A stretch of 64,000 bases of DNA from Ministeria vibrans ATCC 50519 (lineage: Eukaryota > Protista > Filasterea), in the NCBI GenBank assembly GCA_943704425.1, contig CALSCP010001329.1:1-64000 (forward strand), written 5' to 3'. The position numbers were made by a program, and so were the translations under genes. Below, piece after piece: positions 1 through 12,181 of this stretch (positions are counted from its first letter, which is position 1; every line of letters begins with the position of its first letter). The notes beneath the pieces were generated by a model, which had not been told where the DNA came from, made no database searches, and worked only from the letters and a program-made list of their open reading frames with translations.

Positions 1-16
1 CTATCGTACTGTACAA

Positions 17-300
<284 letters not shown>

Positions 301-317
301 AAAAAGAGGGAACCGAA

Positions 318-1436
318 TTAGTAAACAAGAGAATTCTTCGGGAATTGAGCCTGGCGGTAGCGTACGCTTCGAAGGGACTCCTCGTTGGCGCGAAGAGTAA
401 GCTCGACTGCGGAAGTGTCGATAAAGCCGGTGGGGGTGAAAAATGGCCAGCCAGAGTCCATGAGGTAGTGGTACTCGACGACAAGATAGTCAAAGGGCGT
501 TCCGTTGCCAATCACTTTGCCAATGTTGTTCGGATACGTAAACTTTTGAGCGCCCCGATCGTACACAAAGAGGTCTTCGTCGCACCATTGGCCGTCGAGG
601 ATGCGCTCGCTCTCGCAGAAGAAAGGCGATGCCTTGAAGATGGGCTCGACGGCGCGACGACATGCAAAGACATTCATGTGGTGCACCGCTTGCCACCAGC
701 GGCTCTTGTGACGCACCTTGGTAATGATGTAGTCGAACGCGGTCATTTCGAGCTGCTGACCCCTGGGCATTTCAAAGATGTTACACATGATGGCAGCATC
801 CATGACATGGTCGGGACGGTTAGAGAAGTAGTAGAGTCGCGGGTCGGAGCGTCCGCTATCGCCAAAGTGCGCTTGGCGTGTGGGCCGCAACTGATAGCGA
901 CCACTCACCATCTTCTGAGCACCAGCCATAACATTTGCGTTGCCTTCGACATCTTTGCGCCAGTTGAACACGGGCAGATCTGATTCGGCGTTGGGTACGA
1001 CCTTGGCAAAGTGGGGCAAGTCGAAGGTGGCCGTGTTGGTGGAGGCAGCAGCAGACGCAGCGGACGGCGACGCAACCGAGGCGGGGGGCGCGGACGGGGT
1101 TCCGCGTGACAAGAGATACAGGACAGCAGCACAGGTGAGGAGGAGCAGGGAGAGTGTCGTGAGCGTCGCAATGCGACACGTCTGTTTGTTTGAGTTGTGT
1201 CACTTGTCGTTACTCCTTCCTTTCCTTTTCTGTCGAACCTTTTGTGAGCAGCAAAGCGAGGAGTTTGAGGGACGGGTCGCCATAACCACGGGCATGTTCA
1301 CAAGGCGAGGAGCGGACGAAGTGCGTATCCGCTTGGGACTGCTTGCGACGAGTTTTGCTGTGAACACAACGACATCCTCGTCGGAGGAGCCATCATCGTC
1401 CGAGATGAAACTTGTAAGGGATGATTGTCGGGGCAT
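318..1436 (-). CDS. Copper type II ascorbate-dependent monooxygenase (DBH/PHM-like), type II membrane-anchored; 3' part probably continues beyond the left edge
   Basis: VHHMNVFAC and YLVVEYHY match the CuH-ligand motifs of the Cu2_monooxygenase N-domain. Removing intron 1238-1182 joins MPRQSS..CCSQK to the TM helix TCRIATLTTLSLLLLTCAAVLYLL in frame. Confidence 0.75.
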
Positions 1437-1953
1437 GAAGCAAACAATATTCTGATATTGATTAATTTGTCGAAAGAGTATAACTTCATAATGTGCATCA
1501 GAATCAGTGGGGGGTCTATGTCACTCTATAGCTATATGGGCTTCTTTTGGGACATTCGCGTCTTATTCGTCTCAAAGTCTACGACTCTACGGGCTACGGC
1601 GGAAGTATTACGCTGCTCTTCGCTGAGTATATTGTCTTGTGTTTTGACATTGGCTCTCACACCTCGTCTCGTCGTATGATTTTCTTAATAATTATGATAC
1701 ACAATCGAAACACAATCACCCCACCAGAAACACCCAACAGATACAAATCGCCTAGTCATTATAAGTCATATGTCATAGTAATCAGTATTCATCCAGTTGG
1801 CAGTTGGCCAGACTGCTTCCGGAGTTGCCGTGCGCACAGTCCTAAGCGGAAGTTCAAGCAATAAACCTAATAATAATAATAATAATTATTGTACCTCATA
1901 ATTAAATTTTTATTTTTAGTTTTTTTTTCTCACTTTCTCGTTTAAGTCAACTG

Positions 1954-2541
1954 ATGATTGCTGACCAGCCGGGGTGCTCGGGGGCCATTGACGACGATGT
2001 GCCGCCAACATACGACAGCCTTGCGATGGCAGGGCACATTCAGGTGGCGCCCCAAGCAGGCTCTGCAGCAGGACCAAGCAGCGACGGTGCGGCTCTTCCA
2101 CCGCCATTTTCAGTTGCTGAAGCAGAGGCAGAGCAAGGACAATGGCTTAACCGATGTCTCCTGTGGCCATGTGTTGATCCTCAAAGCTGTCTGGCGGCGT
2201 TTTTCTGTCTTGCTTGCACAATTGGACGGAGTCACAATCTGCTGATGACTGGGGAACGTTCACCGCTGTGTCCAATTGCGTTGATCACGTGCGCCCATCC
2301 CTACGGCATGGTCATGTATGTGGACCAGCACGTGCGCAAGTACCGCAACATTCCCATTGAGCCGTGTGACTACTTTGCGTGTGTGTGTTGTCTCAATGCG
2401 TATGCCGCTCGTACCGTTCGTGAACTCTACCAAATGGAACGAGAGGGCGTCACCTTTCCGCGCCCCAGCCTCGTCTCAACGGTGCAAGTTCAGCCAACGG
2501 CGCAGTTCGGCACAATGTCCGAGAAAGTCAATCGTAATTGA
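1954..2541 (+). CDS. PLAC8-family cysteine-rich protein
   Basis: Pro-rich N-terminus with PPTY, then W..CLLWPCVDPQSCLAAFFCLACTIG and RKYRNI..CDYFACVCCLNAYAARTVREL, typical of PLAC8. Confidence 0.75.
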   Translation: MIADQPGCSGAIDDDVPPTYDSLAMAGHIQVAPQAGSAAGPSSDGAALPPPFSVAEAEAEQGQWLNRCLLWPCVDPQSCLAAFFCLACTIGRSHNLLMTGERSPLCPIALITCAHPYGMVMYVDQHVRKYRNIPIEPCDYFACVCCLNAYAARTVRELYQMEREGVTFPRPSLVSTVQVQPTAQFGTMSEKVNRN

Positions 2542-2596
2542 AAGTGTTTTTTGTATTATTTTATTATTATTATTATTATTTTATTACGTCGTCTTA

Positions 2597-3336
2597 TTAT
2601 TGTGCTCTCGTGTGCTTTGCTAAAAGTGAATCAATTTCATCGAGAGTGTCTACAAAGTGAAATGCGGCATTCTGATGGCCACCGTGGTGCTGGGTGAGGT
2701 GAAGAGTCTCTTGCAGCTGGGTGATGGCCCGTTCCCAAGGGTCTACAATATTGTGTTACGAGTTGTATCTGTTGCTGATGTTGATACCTTTAAATGCAAT
2801 CATAAGGGGGTAATCGGTGCGGCCGGACAGGGAAAAAAGCGATACATAGTTCCATAGCAACACTATTTCAGCAAGAGTGCCCAGTGTGCCGGGAAGGACA
2901 ACAAAGACGGAGGACGACGAGATGAGTGTCTCCAGGCGCGAGAAGATACTCGGCGTCTCAATAGGCTTGGTCAAATAGGCATTTCCTTGCTCCCGATGGG
3001 GAAAGAGCGAAGGAACCAGTACGCCTGTCAAAGTGTGAGTCACACATATTCTGACTTGCGTTCCATGATGAGTACCTTCGACCACCGAATTTCCAGCGTC
3101 GCGCGCGCCCTTTGACACGCCTTCCATCGTACCCATATAGCCTCCAGACATCTGGCGTGTTTGACGATAGACGACGACTGTTAGCTGAGCAACAGAGACT
3201 GATACAGGCAGAGTTCCTTCTTGCATACAACATTCAACGAGTGCTTGGTCAAAATTTTGCCCAGTTCCGCCGACTGGGAGTACAACTCCGAATCGGGCTC
3301 GGCCCACGAGGCACCAAACACTGTCGCACGTGACAT
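2597..3336 (-). CDS. LOG/SLOG-family Rossmann-fold nucleotide-binding protein (lysine-decarboxylase-like)
   Basis: Spliced product MSRATVFGAS..AELGKIL..SGGYMGTMEGVSKGA..VFVVLPGTLGTLAEI (PGGxGTxxE-like motif); last exon ends ..LLAKHTRAQ*. Confidence 0.85.
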
Positions 3337-3888
3337 GAGAGAGCAGCACAAAATAATTGAAGTTTGAATAAAATTTAGAAGAAGAAGAAGAATACAACCC
3401 ATTTATTCATGCATGAAAAATTTAAATTGTGTCTCAATTGTGTCTCAATTCTCAAAAAAATCCCTTAGCGGCGTGAGAAATAAATAACTCTACCCGGACT
3501 ACCCCAGACTACCGGGCACTACCCCCTCATGAGTGGCAGTGCGGCAAAAGCATGAGAATCTGTGCGAGATTCCACTGTCGTCCCGAATCTCAATACGGAT
3601 TTTTTGTTGGCCCGTTGGATCGCTTATTAGTGATTCTTTCGCCTTCAAATTTTATTCATTGTCTGATTGTCACAGCTATTAGATATCGCAAACAGTAAGA
3701 CTGTGTGGACTGTGAGGGTTGTATCGTGTCTGTCGCGTCGCAATGGTTGCAGTTGGGCTGCTTTTGGAAAACACAGAGAAGAAAAAAGAAAAAAAGGCTT
3801 TTGTTGCATATCGCGGCCTGCCGTGTGGGGACAGCCCGGACAGGGGTGGGCTCACTGGGCTGGGGAGGAGGGGCGGGCGTACGCGCCG

Positions 3889-4059
3889 CTAGATCGGGGG
3901 TTTTCGGATTATGACGGGAATTTTCACATTCCCTAAGGTTCAATTAGGTTGTGTTACAGGAGTGTCACATGCCATACCTCCAAAATTCACGAACCGCTGC
4001 TTCTCGCCGCCTGTTACCCTACACGTAGCAGTCGTGTGGTGTTGTTTGGCAGATGCCAT
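3889..4059 (-). CDS. Putative spliced 41-aa microprotein
   Basis: ATG at 4059, intron 3977-3933 (GTATGG..CTAAT..CTTAG), stop at 3889, AATAAA at 3656-3651. No homology recognised. Confidence 0.35.
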
Positions 4060-4320
4060 GGGGTGAATACACTGACAATAGAAGGAATTCTGCGTGTGAG
4101 GGTGAAAATGAATTTTTTCTTTGAAATTCTTTTTTTGTGGCGGGATGATAAGCTGAACGGGGCCCCTCCATGCTCTGCTGTGGGGAAAAGGGTGTGTATT
4201 GTAGCTACGGGTAGCCTATGGTGTAAACTGTATCGTCTTTGAGTGGCGGGCAGTTGAGTGGTGGCCTAAATTGTTTTTTTTTTCTTGCGAACTAACTCCG
4301 AACCTTGTGCTTGCTATTAG

Positions 4321-4921
4321 ATGAAGCTACTTTTGCTCACTACTCTTCTCGCCGCGACCGCCGCGTGTGCCTCAGGCGCGGCCGTCCGATGCTACATGGA
4401 AGCTTATTGCTACGGTGATACCTGGAGGGTGACTGATTACGACAACGGTGCCCTTCCCGACACAAAGGCGACTCATTTCGAATCTGGCGAATGCAAGCTG
4501 GTAAGAATGAAACGAAAAGGGATCTTGCAATCTGAAATGGGATCCGTATACTCTTCCGAGTGGGTCTCGTCAGTGGATAGCCGAGGGATAGCCCCTCTAT
4601 TCATTTAGATATAGATTTGTGATTGTGAGAAGATTGTGACTCCATTGTGACACTGATGTGACACTTTCTGTTCTTTTTTAGATGAATACCGACTTCTACA
4701 AGTGCCACTTTGATGCATGGGCAACGGAGGGTATTGATCGCGATATGGAGTTGCGTGACAGCACCGGAATTCAGGGACACATGCAGTCTGACTTCCCCAA
4801 CAGTAAGTGCGTCTTCAATCTTCTCGACGACAGCACAACCGATCTTGTTCCTGGCTACGTTATCACTGGTACCTCTGGCACTTGTGTCGTGATGGTCACG
4901 AAGCAGACTTTTATCGCTTGA
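4321..4921 (+). CDS. Small secreted Cys-containing protein of unknown function (about 139 aa)
   Basis: Signal peptide MKLLLLTTLLAATAACASG; intron 4501-4681 (GTAAGA..TTTAG) joins two ORFs in phase 0. Confidence 0.75.
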
Positions 4922-5108
4922 TCAACTCATTTAAAATCCAAATAAAAAATATGGGTGATCAATAAGCACACAGTTTATCAGGGTCCCGGCACTGTCGCTG
5001 GTTTCACCCACAATCCAAGTCGCTGTTCGACTCCATCACCAACAGCTCAAGAGATTCATTATACCAGCTCAAATTCCTTGTTTTATTTGTACATCATCGT
5101 ATATTGAG

Positions 5109-6313
5109 TCACAGGCGCTTTGTGATGGATTCAATGTCGCTAACATCCTTCGGAATGTCGGAGGTGATCACTTCGGGGGGCTCGCCATCGTGCCGAATGA
5201 TGACGTTATCCTCGATGCGGATGCCAATGCCGTGGAACGGAGCGGGAATGAAGGGAGGGAGACGGGAGGGGAAATAGAGTCCAGGCTCGACGGTGATGAC
5301 CATGCCGGGACGAAAGGGAGTGTGCGTCTCGATGGACGGTGTGTCGTGCAGGTCCATGCCAAGGTAGTGACCCACATGGTGGGGATAGAGTGTCTCGGTG
5401 AGCTGGCGCGATACGAGTGTGGCGTCGGGTGCGCCGCCAGTGAGAGCCGTCCACACGGCCGATTGAGCTGCGCGCTCATCTGCAAACACTCGGTCGGATA
5501 GCTCGCGCTGCATCATCTGCAGCGATGCCTCGTGCACGGTGGCCAGGCTGGAGATGCCGTCGGCAACGCACAGAGCCAGGGCATTCTTCTGCACAGCAAG
5601 CACTGCCTCATACACGAGTCGCTGTGCGCGCGAGAACCCCTGTGGACCCACAGGCCATGTGCGCGTCACATCCGACGTGTAGCCATCAAACTAAGGGAGG
5701 GACAGAGAGAAAGGTCGCAATTAGCGATCGAGAAAAGAGATGTAGATGCAACAGAAGGAGAGAAGAAGACGAACCTCACTACCACTGTCGACGAGCAACA
5801 GCTGACCGTCGTACATGCGCGACTGGTTCTCGACGTAGTGCAGGATGGTCGCATTGGCACCGGCCGCAACGACCGGCGGAAAGGCCGCACAGCGCGCGCC
5901 CGCCATGCGACATACGTACTCCATGGTCGCCGCCACAGCATGTTCCGAAACGCCCGCGCCGCTCATCCGCATCACCTGCACACCGACACACACAAAGACG
6001 CACCAGTACAGTGAGTGAAACAGGGTTATTTTTCAAATACCTTTGCGTAGCCGTGCGCGGAGGCATCTGCAGCTCGACGCAACAGCGCCTGTTCTGCGCT
6101 GCTCTTCTCCGAGCGCATCTCGTCGACATACTGACTGAGCCAACCAATATCACAATGTACACTGGCCTCCGATAGCCTACACCACGACATCAGCTCAGAC
6201 CAACAACTACCCTACACACCATTACATCTCCACCCACCACTACCACCACCACCGCACCATTACCGCACCACTACCATCACCGCCACACACACATATATAT
6301 AAATAATATATAT

Positions 6314-6361
<48 letters not shown>

Positions 6362-7682
6362 AAGAAACAAAGTGATAGAGAAAGAGAGGAGAAAGAAACA
6401 AAGTGATAGAGAAAGAGAGAAGAAAGAAACAAAGTGATAGAGAGAGAAGAAAGAAACAAAGTGATAGAGAGGAGAAAGAAACAAAGTGATAGAGAAAGAG
6501 AGGAGAAAGAAACAAAGTGATAGAGAGAGAGAGAGAGAATGTTACGTACAAATCAATGACGGTCGAAGCCGCAAAGGCAAGAGAGTGTGGTTCGCCGTTA
6601 ATGCAACCCATTGAGCGTTCAAAAACAACCATCAGTCGCTGGTTCGAAGGCAGATCCATTTGCATTGCGCGGTCCAACTCGCTTCGCAACTGTGACACAC
6701 ACAGGCACACACATAGAAATCCAATCAAATGTCAATACAACAATAAGTAAAGAGTGAGTAATCGAATACAAGCACGTGAAATAAGAGTGGACAATTTAAT
6801 AAGAGTGGGTGATTGGAAGTGCAAATGAACATCAATAAGAGTACGTGAGTGATTGGGAACAAATAAGAGTGATGGGGAACGAATGAGAGTGATTGGGATC
6901 GAATAAGAGTGAGGAATTGAGAACGAATGAAAGTGAGTGATTGGGAACAAATAAGAGTGATTGGAAACGGACGAGAGTGAGTGAGTGAATGCATTCATTC
7001 ACCTTTGAAATGGGATAAGCTTCGTCTACGCCAAACAGGGTCGGTGCGTCGGCGACTCCAGTCACCGGTCCGTCCCACACCTCCCGCTTCTCGTCCTACA
7101 GCAAACGTCAGGGAAGGGTACTGTGTGCCTCGTGGCAATGTTTCCACTGCTGTGCGTACGTGTTCGCGAACAAAGAGGGCTGTTTTCGTCACGGCGTTTG
7201 AATCCTTGATTATCACAAGCGCCTGAACACACAAATTCTCATTCTCATTCTTTCGCAACATTCAGCGTACCGCAGACGGTTCGGTGCACCCTGAAAGGTA
7301 GGCCATGTTTGAATTGGGTCGGTAAGCAAAGGGAATATCCGCGCTGAAGACCTGTCGTGGGTTTGCGGAGGCGATCAAAATGGAACACGTTGGAAGTTGT
7401 GCCATCTGTCACAGAAAAGGTCAGCTCCATCCACTGTTTTTGTCTCCCCGAGCCCATACCAACCGTTGACGTCGCTGTGCTACTTCATTCAGGGTGATTC
7501 CTGCATCCCATCAATGTCAGACGTCGTTTACTCACTTGCAGTGCACACACCACTGTGAACTTCCTACCTGGCGTGATCTCGTCTTCTTTTATCAAAAAGG
7601 GGTGCGTAGCAAAAACCGGCTGGCCCATACGACGTGACGCGGCGCACGCCGAGGTGGTCAGCAGCCGTCGGATCATCATCAT
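5109..7682 (-). CDS. XPNPEP3: Mitochondrial Xaa-Pro aminopeptidase 3 / Icp55 (M24B)
   Basis: Transit-like N-terminus then GQPVFATHPFLIKEDEITPG; AFPPVVAAG..LHY, VDSGSE-FDGYTSDVTRTWP, PHHVGHYLGMDLHD, TVEPGLY, GIRIEDN. Confidence 0.93.
6319..6538. repeat. Intronic (GA)n plus tandem AGAAAGAAACAAAGTGATAGAG units (about 6 copies)
   Basis: Directly visible inside an XPNPEP3 intron. Confidence 0.95.
6780..6990. repeat. Intronic minisatellite, about 20-bp unit AATAAGAGTGATTGGGAACR
   Basis: Roughly 8-10 degenerate copies visible. Confidence 0.85.
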
Positions 7683-7815
7683 AAGAAAATTAATTATCAA
7701 GACTCAAGTTGCTTATTCTAAGAGGCAAGACTAAAGTCTCAACTCTCTCAAGTTCAGTTCTTTTTCTGTGTTTCCTGCCCACACAGGACACAGTGTGTGT
7801 TGTACCATTACTACC

Positions 7816-9300
7816 ATGGGGAATAAATTGAGGATCGCCTTAGCACTGGTCGTGCTGATTGTCGCTGATCGTGGACAGGCAATCCTGCCTCGACGATTGC
7901 TCGATTTTGACGTGAAACACGCGGCCACAGCGGCTTTCGCTGAGTCTTTTCCCTCCAGTGCGGGGCCTACATTGCTTCTCACGTCGTTCTATCCGTTTGG
8001 CAGTGACAGTGTGTACGCCGTTGTGAACATATCGCAAGTCATCCATGGACACCTGAAAGCGACGCTGACCGTCCTCGATTCCGACGCCAGCTGGCCCAAC
8101 CAAGGTGAACATGTTCAATATTACAGCATGACACGACTCAACACACTACCCTACAGGCATTTCTTGAAAATAAAGAAACAGACGGATCTGAATTGCCCTC
8201 TTTTACTTAGCGACAAGTGTGCCGTCAAGCACCATCGCCGCTTCTCCAGATGCCTTCCTGCTGACAGCATGTGGTTTCTTTGTGTCCAAGTCCAAATCGA
8301 CGGGCGCAGTGAGTCTGCTTGACGTCAGTCCTGTGGGAGAAGGCGGTACCGCTGTGAAGCAGAAAATTTCGACCGACGCGGATGGGTACTTCTATCACCA
8401 GGCTCAGTGGCTCGATGTGAATGGCGATGGACGCATGGACGTGATGGCAGCTCGAGCGAGAAAGCCGTCTGAGGGAAATGCCACCGGTGAGCTGGTGTGG
8501 CTAGAGCAGCCAGCGACGAGCGGGGCGGGCGCCTCTTGGACAACACACATCATCACGGATGCGTCTGGCCCCGACAATGCCTTCTCCATTGTTGATCTGG
8601 ACAACGATGGAATCGTCGAGGTTGTTGCGGCGCAATTTTTTGATTCCCAAAGACTGGTAAGCACTAAGCGACGATTATTATGAGTGTGATTGGAACGGTA
8701 CACCTTACTACTCTTACTATGTAGTCCATTTGGTGGTGCGGTGCTCCCTCGAAGAAATGGAGTGATTGCGAGATGGGCAAGGATGTGACGAGCACGTCGA
8801 TTGACGAGCGAGTGGCGGGCGTGCCGTTCTTTAATGTGGAGTGGGTGGACCTGAATGGCGACGGACGGCGCGACGTACTAGCGACGACCAACCTCAAGGA
8901 CGGCAAGGGCGGCGTGTACGCGTACGAACAGCCGGCGGACCCACGCCAGCCCAACTGGCCGCGCCATACGCTTGCCAGTGGCTACTCCGTTACTAAGTCC
9001 TACTTGCCTGGACGGGGTGCACCGGGAACCGCCCGTGCGTTCATCATCGATGCTCATGCAGGCCACGTTAAACCGGCGGTGCTCGTGAGCGCCGACGACG
9101 GTGGCTTTGTCGACCTGCTTGTGGCCCATCACGACGCCAATGTCACCGATTGGAGCTATGAGCGCACACGCGTGGTCAATTCCACCGGAACCATTGGTAA
9201 TTTGGCCATTGGCGATGTCGATCACGATGGTTTGGCTGAATTTGCTGTGCCCCTGTATGCGGAGAGCAAGGTTGCCATCTACACCTTCAATGAACTATAA
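7816..9300 (+). CDS. Secreted FG-GAP/VCBS repeat beta-propeller protein
   Basis: Signal peptide; repeated DxNGDGxxD motifs (DVNGDGRMD, DLDNDGIVE, DLNGDGRRD, DVDHDGLAE); introns at about 8105-8210 and 8657-8725. Confidence 0.88.
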
Positions 9301-9490
9301 TAATAATTTTATTAATCATTCGTTCATTCGTCCAGACATGTCACATGTTTTCAGCAATCGCCAGTCAGCACAGTGGTCAGTGGGTACACTGGATAATCGT
9401 CTATGCCACCCAGACTAAAAAATCAACAATGAGAGTTTCATATATTACTCTACTTACTATATTTTACAACTTTTTCATCATTGTTTCTAA

Positions 9491-10519
9491 ATGGCCTCCG
9501 CACGGATCATCAAGGCATGGAGCCTTGTCATCCTTGTGCTGCAAAACGTCACTTTGGTGCTGTTTATGCGCCACACACGAACCGTGAGTGGCAGCGGACC
9601 GCGATATCTCGCCAGCACGGCTGTCACCATGGCGGAAGTCCTCAAGGTGACCGCTTGCGTCGGAGTGCTGCTGTGGGAGTGCAGTGGCTCAGTTGCGGGC
9701 ATGGTGGCACTGTTGCATCGTCAAGTGTGGCAAGAGCCAGTGGAAACATTGAAAATTCTTGTGCCAGCGCTGCTGTACACGCTCCAGAACAACCTCCTCT
9801 ACCTGGCCGTGTCAAATCTACCGGCAGCCACCTTTCAGGTGACGTACCAACTAAAAATCATCACCACCGCCATGTTTTCCGTACTCCTTCTCGGTCGTCA
9901 GTTGTCGCGGCAAAAATGGATTTCTCTCGTCCTCCTCACCGCCGGCGTCTCCCTCGTCCAACTGTCCACTGCTGCCTCCGCGACAAAGAAGTCCTTGTCC
10001 AGCGGCACGGACAGTCCGACTCTCTCGATGCAAATGGTCGGCCTGGGCGCCGTCATTGCCTCGACGATGACCTCGGGCTTTGCGGGTGTCTTCTTTGAGA
10101 AGCTCATGAAGGACTCGTCCACCTCGCTGTGGGTGCGCAACTTTGTTCTCTCCTTCTCCTCCGTGTTTCTTGGTCTTGCCGGCGTGTTTGTCAACGACTT
10201 TGACGCTATTGTCAGTGGCGGTTTCTTCCAGGGCTACACCCCCCTTGTGTGGGTGGTCATTGTCAATTCGGCCTTTGGCGGTCTGGTCGTCGCCGTTGTC
10301 GTCAAGTTTGCCGACAACATTGTCAAAGGATTTGCCATGAGCATTTCCATCATCATCTCCAGCGTCATTGCCTTCTTCCTCTTCTCCTTTTCCCCTTCCC
10401 CCACCTGGCTCCTGGGCGGCGCCATTGTCCTCGCCGCCACCTTCCTCTACCAGCTGCCCGATGAGCCACCCAAACCCTCTCCTTTGCCCCCGTTGCCTTT
10501 TGCGCGCAACAAAGCATAG
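9491..10519 (+). CDS. Golgi nucleotide-sugar transporter, SLC35A (UDP-Gal/UDP-GlcNAc) family
   Basis: Intronless multi-TM ORF with VPALLYTLQNNL, FQVTYQLKIITTA, SGFAGVFFEK, VKFADNIVKGFA. Confidence 0.95.
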   Translation: MASARIIKAWSLVILVLQNVTLVLFMRHTRTVSGSGPRYLASTAVTMAEVLKVTACVGVLLWECSGSVAGMVALLHRQVWQEPVETLKILVPALLYTLQNNLLYLAVSNLPAATFQVTYQLKIITTAMFSVLLLGRQLSRQKWISLVLLTAGVSLVQLSTAASATKKSLSSGTDSPTLSMQMVGLGAVIASTMTSGFAGVFFEKLMKDSSTSLWVRNFVLSFSSVFLGLAGVFVNDFDAIVSGGFFQGYTPLVWVVIVNSAFGGLVVAVVVKFADNIVKGFAMSISIIISSVIAFFLFSFSPSPTWLLGGAIVLAATFLYQLPDEPPKPSPLPPLPFARNKA

Positions 10520-10901
10520 CAGGGCGCTCTCTCTCACTATCTTTTTCCCGTCGCTTTTGTTACGTGGTGTCTAAAATGTATAAAAGTTCATATTATTTTT
10601 CTGCAACAAACTGTGTGTGTGTGTGTGAAACATAGTAGGCTATGTATCGCATCTCACTCACTTCTCACTAGCCAGCTTTCCATGAAGTCTCCTTTGAGGT
10701 GTTACCTGATGGATTGTGTGTGCTACCGTGTTGTGCAGGGTGAGTGACCGAGTGTATGTCGAATGAATTATCCAAGGATTAAAATTCTAATAGTTAAATA
10801 CGCTATCAGTTATTTTCTTATTCAGCAATACTACTGCCAGAACTGTAGAAGCCAATCAATCAGCTTGCGTCTCTGCTTTCCTGGTCGACTGTGTGGTGGA
10901 A

Positions 10902-12061
10902 ATGGCGCAACGACGAGAAATTGATAGTGTTCGTACCCGCCTTTCCCGTTTCGCTCCTCACCGCCTCGCTACGTAGCTACCGTTGTCCAATGCAAGCTAC
11001 AAGCCGTCGTGGGGAAGCGCGACAGCATTTGATCCGGATGTCGTTGCCTATTTAGAGCGCGCAGCCTCTGGAGTATGCGAAAATTGTGTGTGAAATGCCG
11101 ACTGCCTTTGCAAAGTTCATTGTGCACAACAATAATTTTTTGAATTTTTGTCTCCCCAATTTCACAGGCAACCGTCCGCGACCGGAACTCTAAAGTGATC
11201 TTAGTGGGCAACATGGCGACAGGAAAGACCTCTATTGTCAATCGAATGGTCACGGGCAAATTTGAGGAGGAATACAAGACGACGTAAGATATGAATGTAC
11301 TTGCAGTACGTCGTGTCTCTTACCGACTTACCCTATTGTAGAATTGGAGTCGACTTTCACATTGAAGCCTTTCAAATATGCACGCAGCCGTTTAATTTGC
11401 ATCTGTGGGACACGGCGGGACAAGAGCGCTTCAAGTCGATCACAAGTGCCTACTTTCGCGGCGCACAATCGGTGATTCTGGTGTTCGACGTGAATGACCT
11501 CAAGACACTGAGCGCCACGCGAAAGTGGCTGGCGGACGCGGTCAAAGAGAATGCTGGACAAGATCTCAATGTGTACTTGGTGGGTTCCAAGATGGACCTG
11601 ATGAATCGTAGCGGAATTGTGTACAAGGTGCGACCATTGTTCCGATCATCTCAAGACGTACCTTTGCTTACGTCTCTACTCTCGTACACAGACTATGCAT
11701 GAGGAGGCCGAGAGCATGGCTGTTGAGTTCAATGCCGAGTATTGGGAAGTGTCTTCAAAATCAGGAGGTATCTTGTGTGTGTCTCTTTTCAAAGTTGAAC
11801 ATTGTCACTATTTTTTTTTTTTTGTCGTTGTTGTTTGTAGCGGGCATACGCGACCTTCTTGAACGCGTCGCAGCAATTTCGTTTGAAAGAGCCGTGCGCA
11901 TGGAACTGAAGTTTGAGCTGCCCAACCTGGGACGCACCAGCACAGCAAGTGCAAGTGCGCGTGTCCCCTCCGCTTCGTCCTCAACCTCCTCTGCGTCCAC
12001 CTTCACACTTAAGCGAGACGCTTCCACTGTCGCTCCGGTGAATTCTTCGCGCTGCTGTTGA
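10902..12061 (+). CDS. Rab34/Rab36-like small GTPase
   Basis: N-terminal extension, KVILVGNMATGKTS, TTIGVDF, LWDTAGQERFK, AEYWEVSSKSG, C-terminal CC. Confidence 0.85.
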
Positions 12062-12181
12062 TCTTACCACTATGAACACACATGATCGTTCCCTTCTTGT
12101 ACACACGCACACACACATATTTGTCCCATGATCATTGGTTTCCAGCTCGCATGCAAAGTTTTTCTTGTATTCATAAAGACA

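Noticed and set aside
6360-6530. CRISPR-like repeat array
   Set aside because: Spacers are short GA runs rather than unique sequences, there are no cas genes, and the context is a eukaryotic intron.
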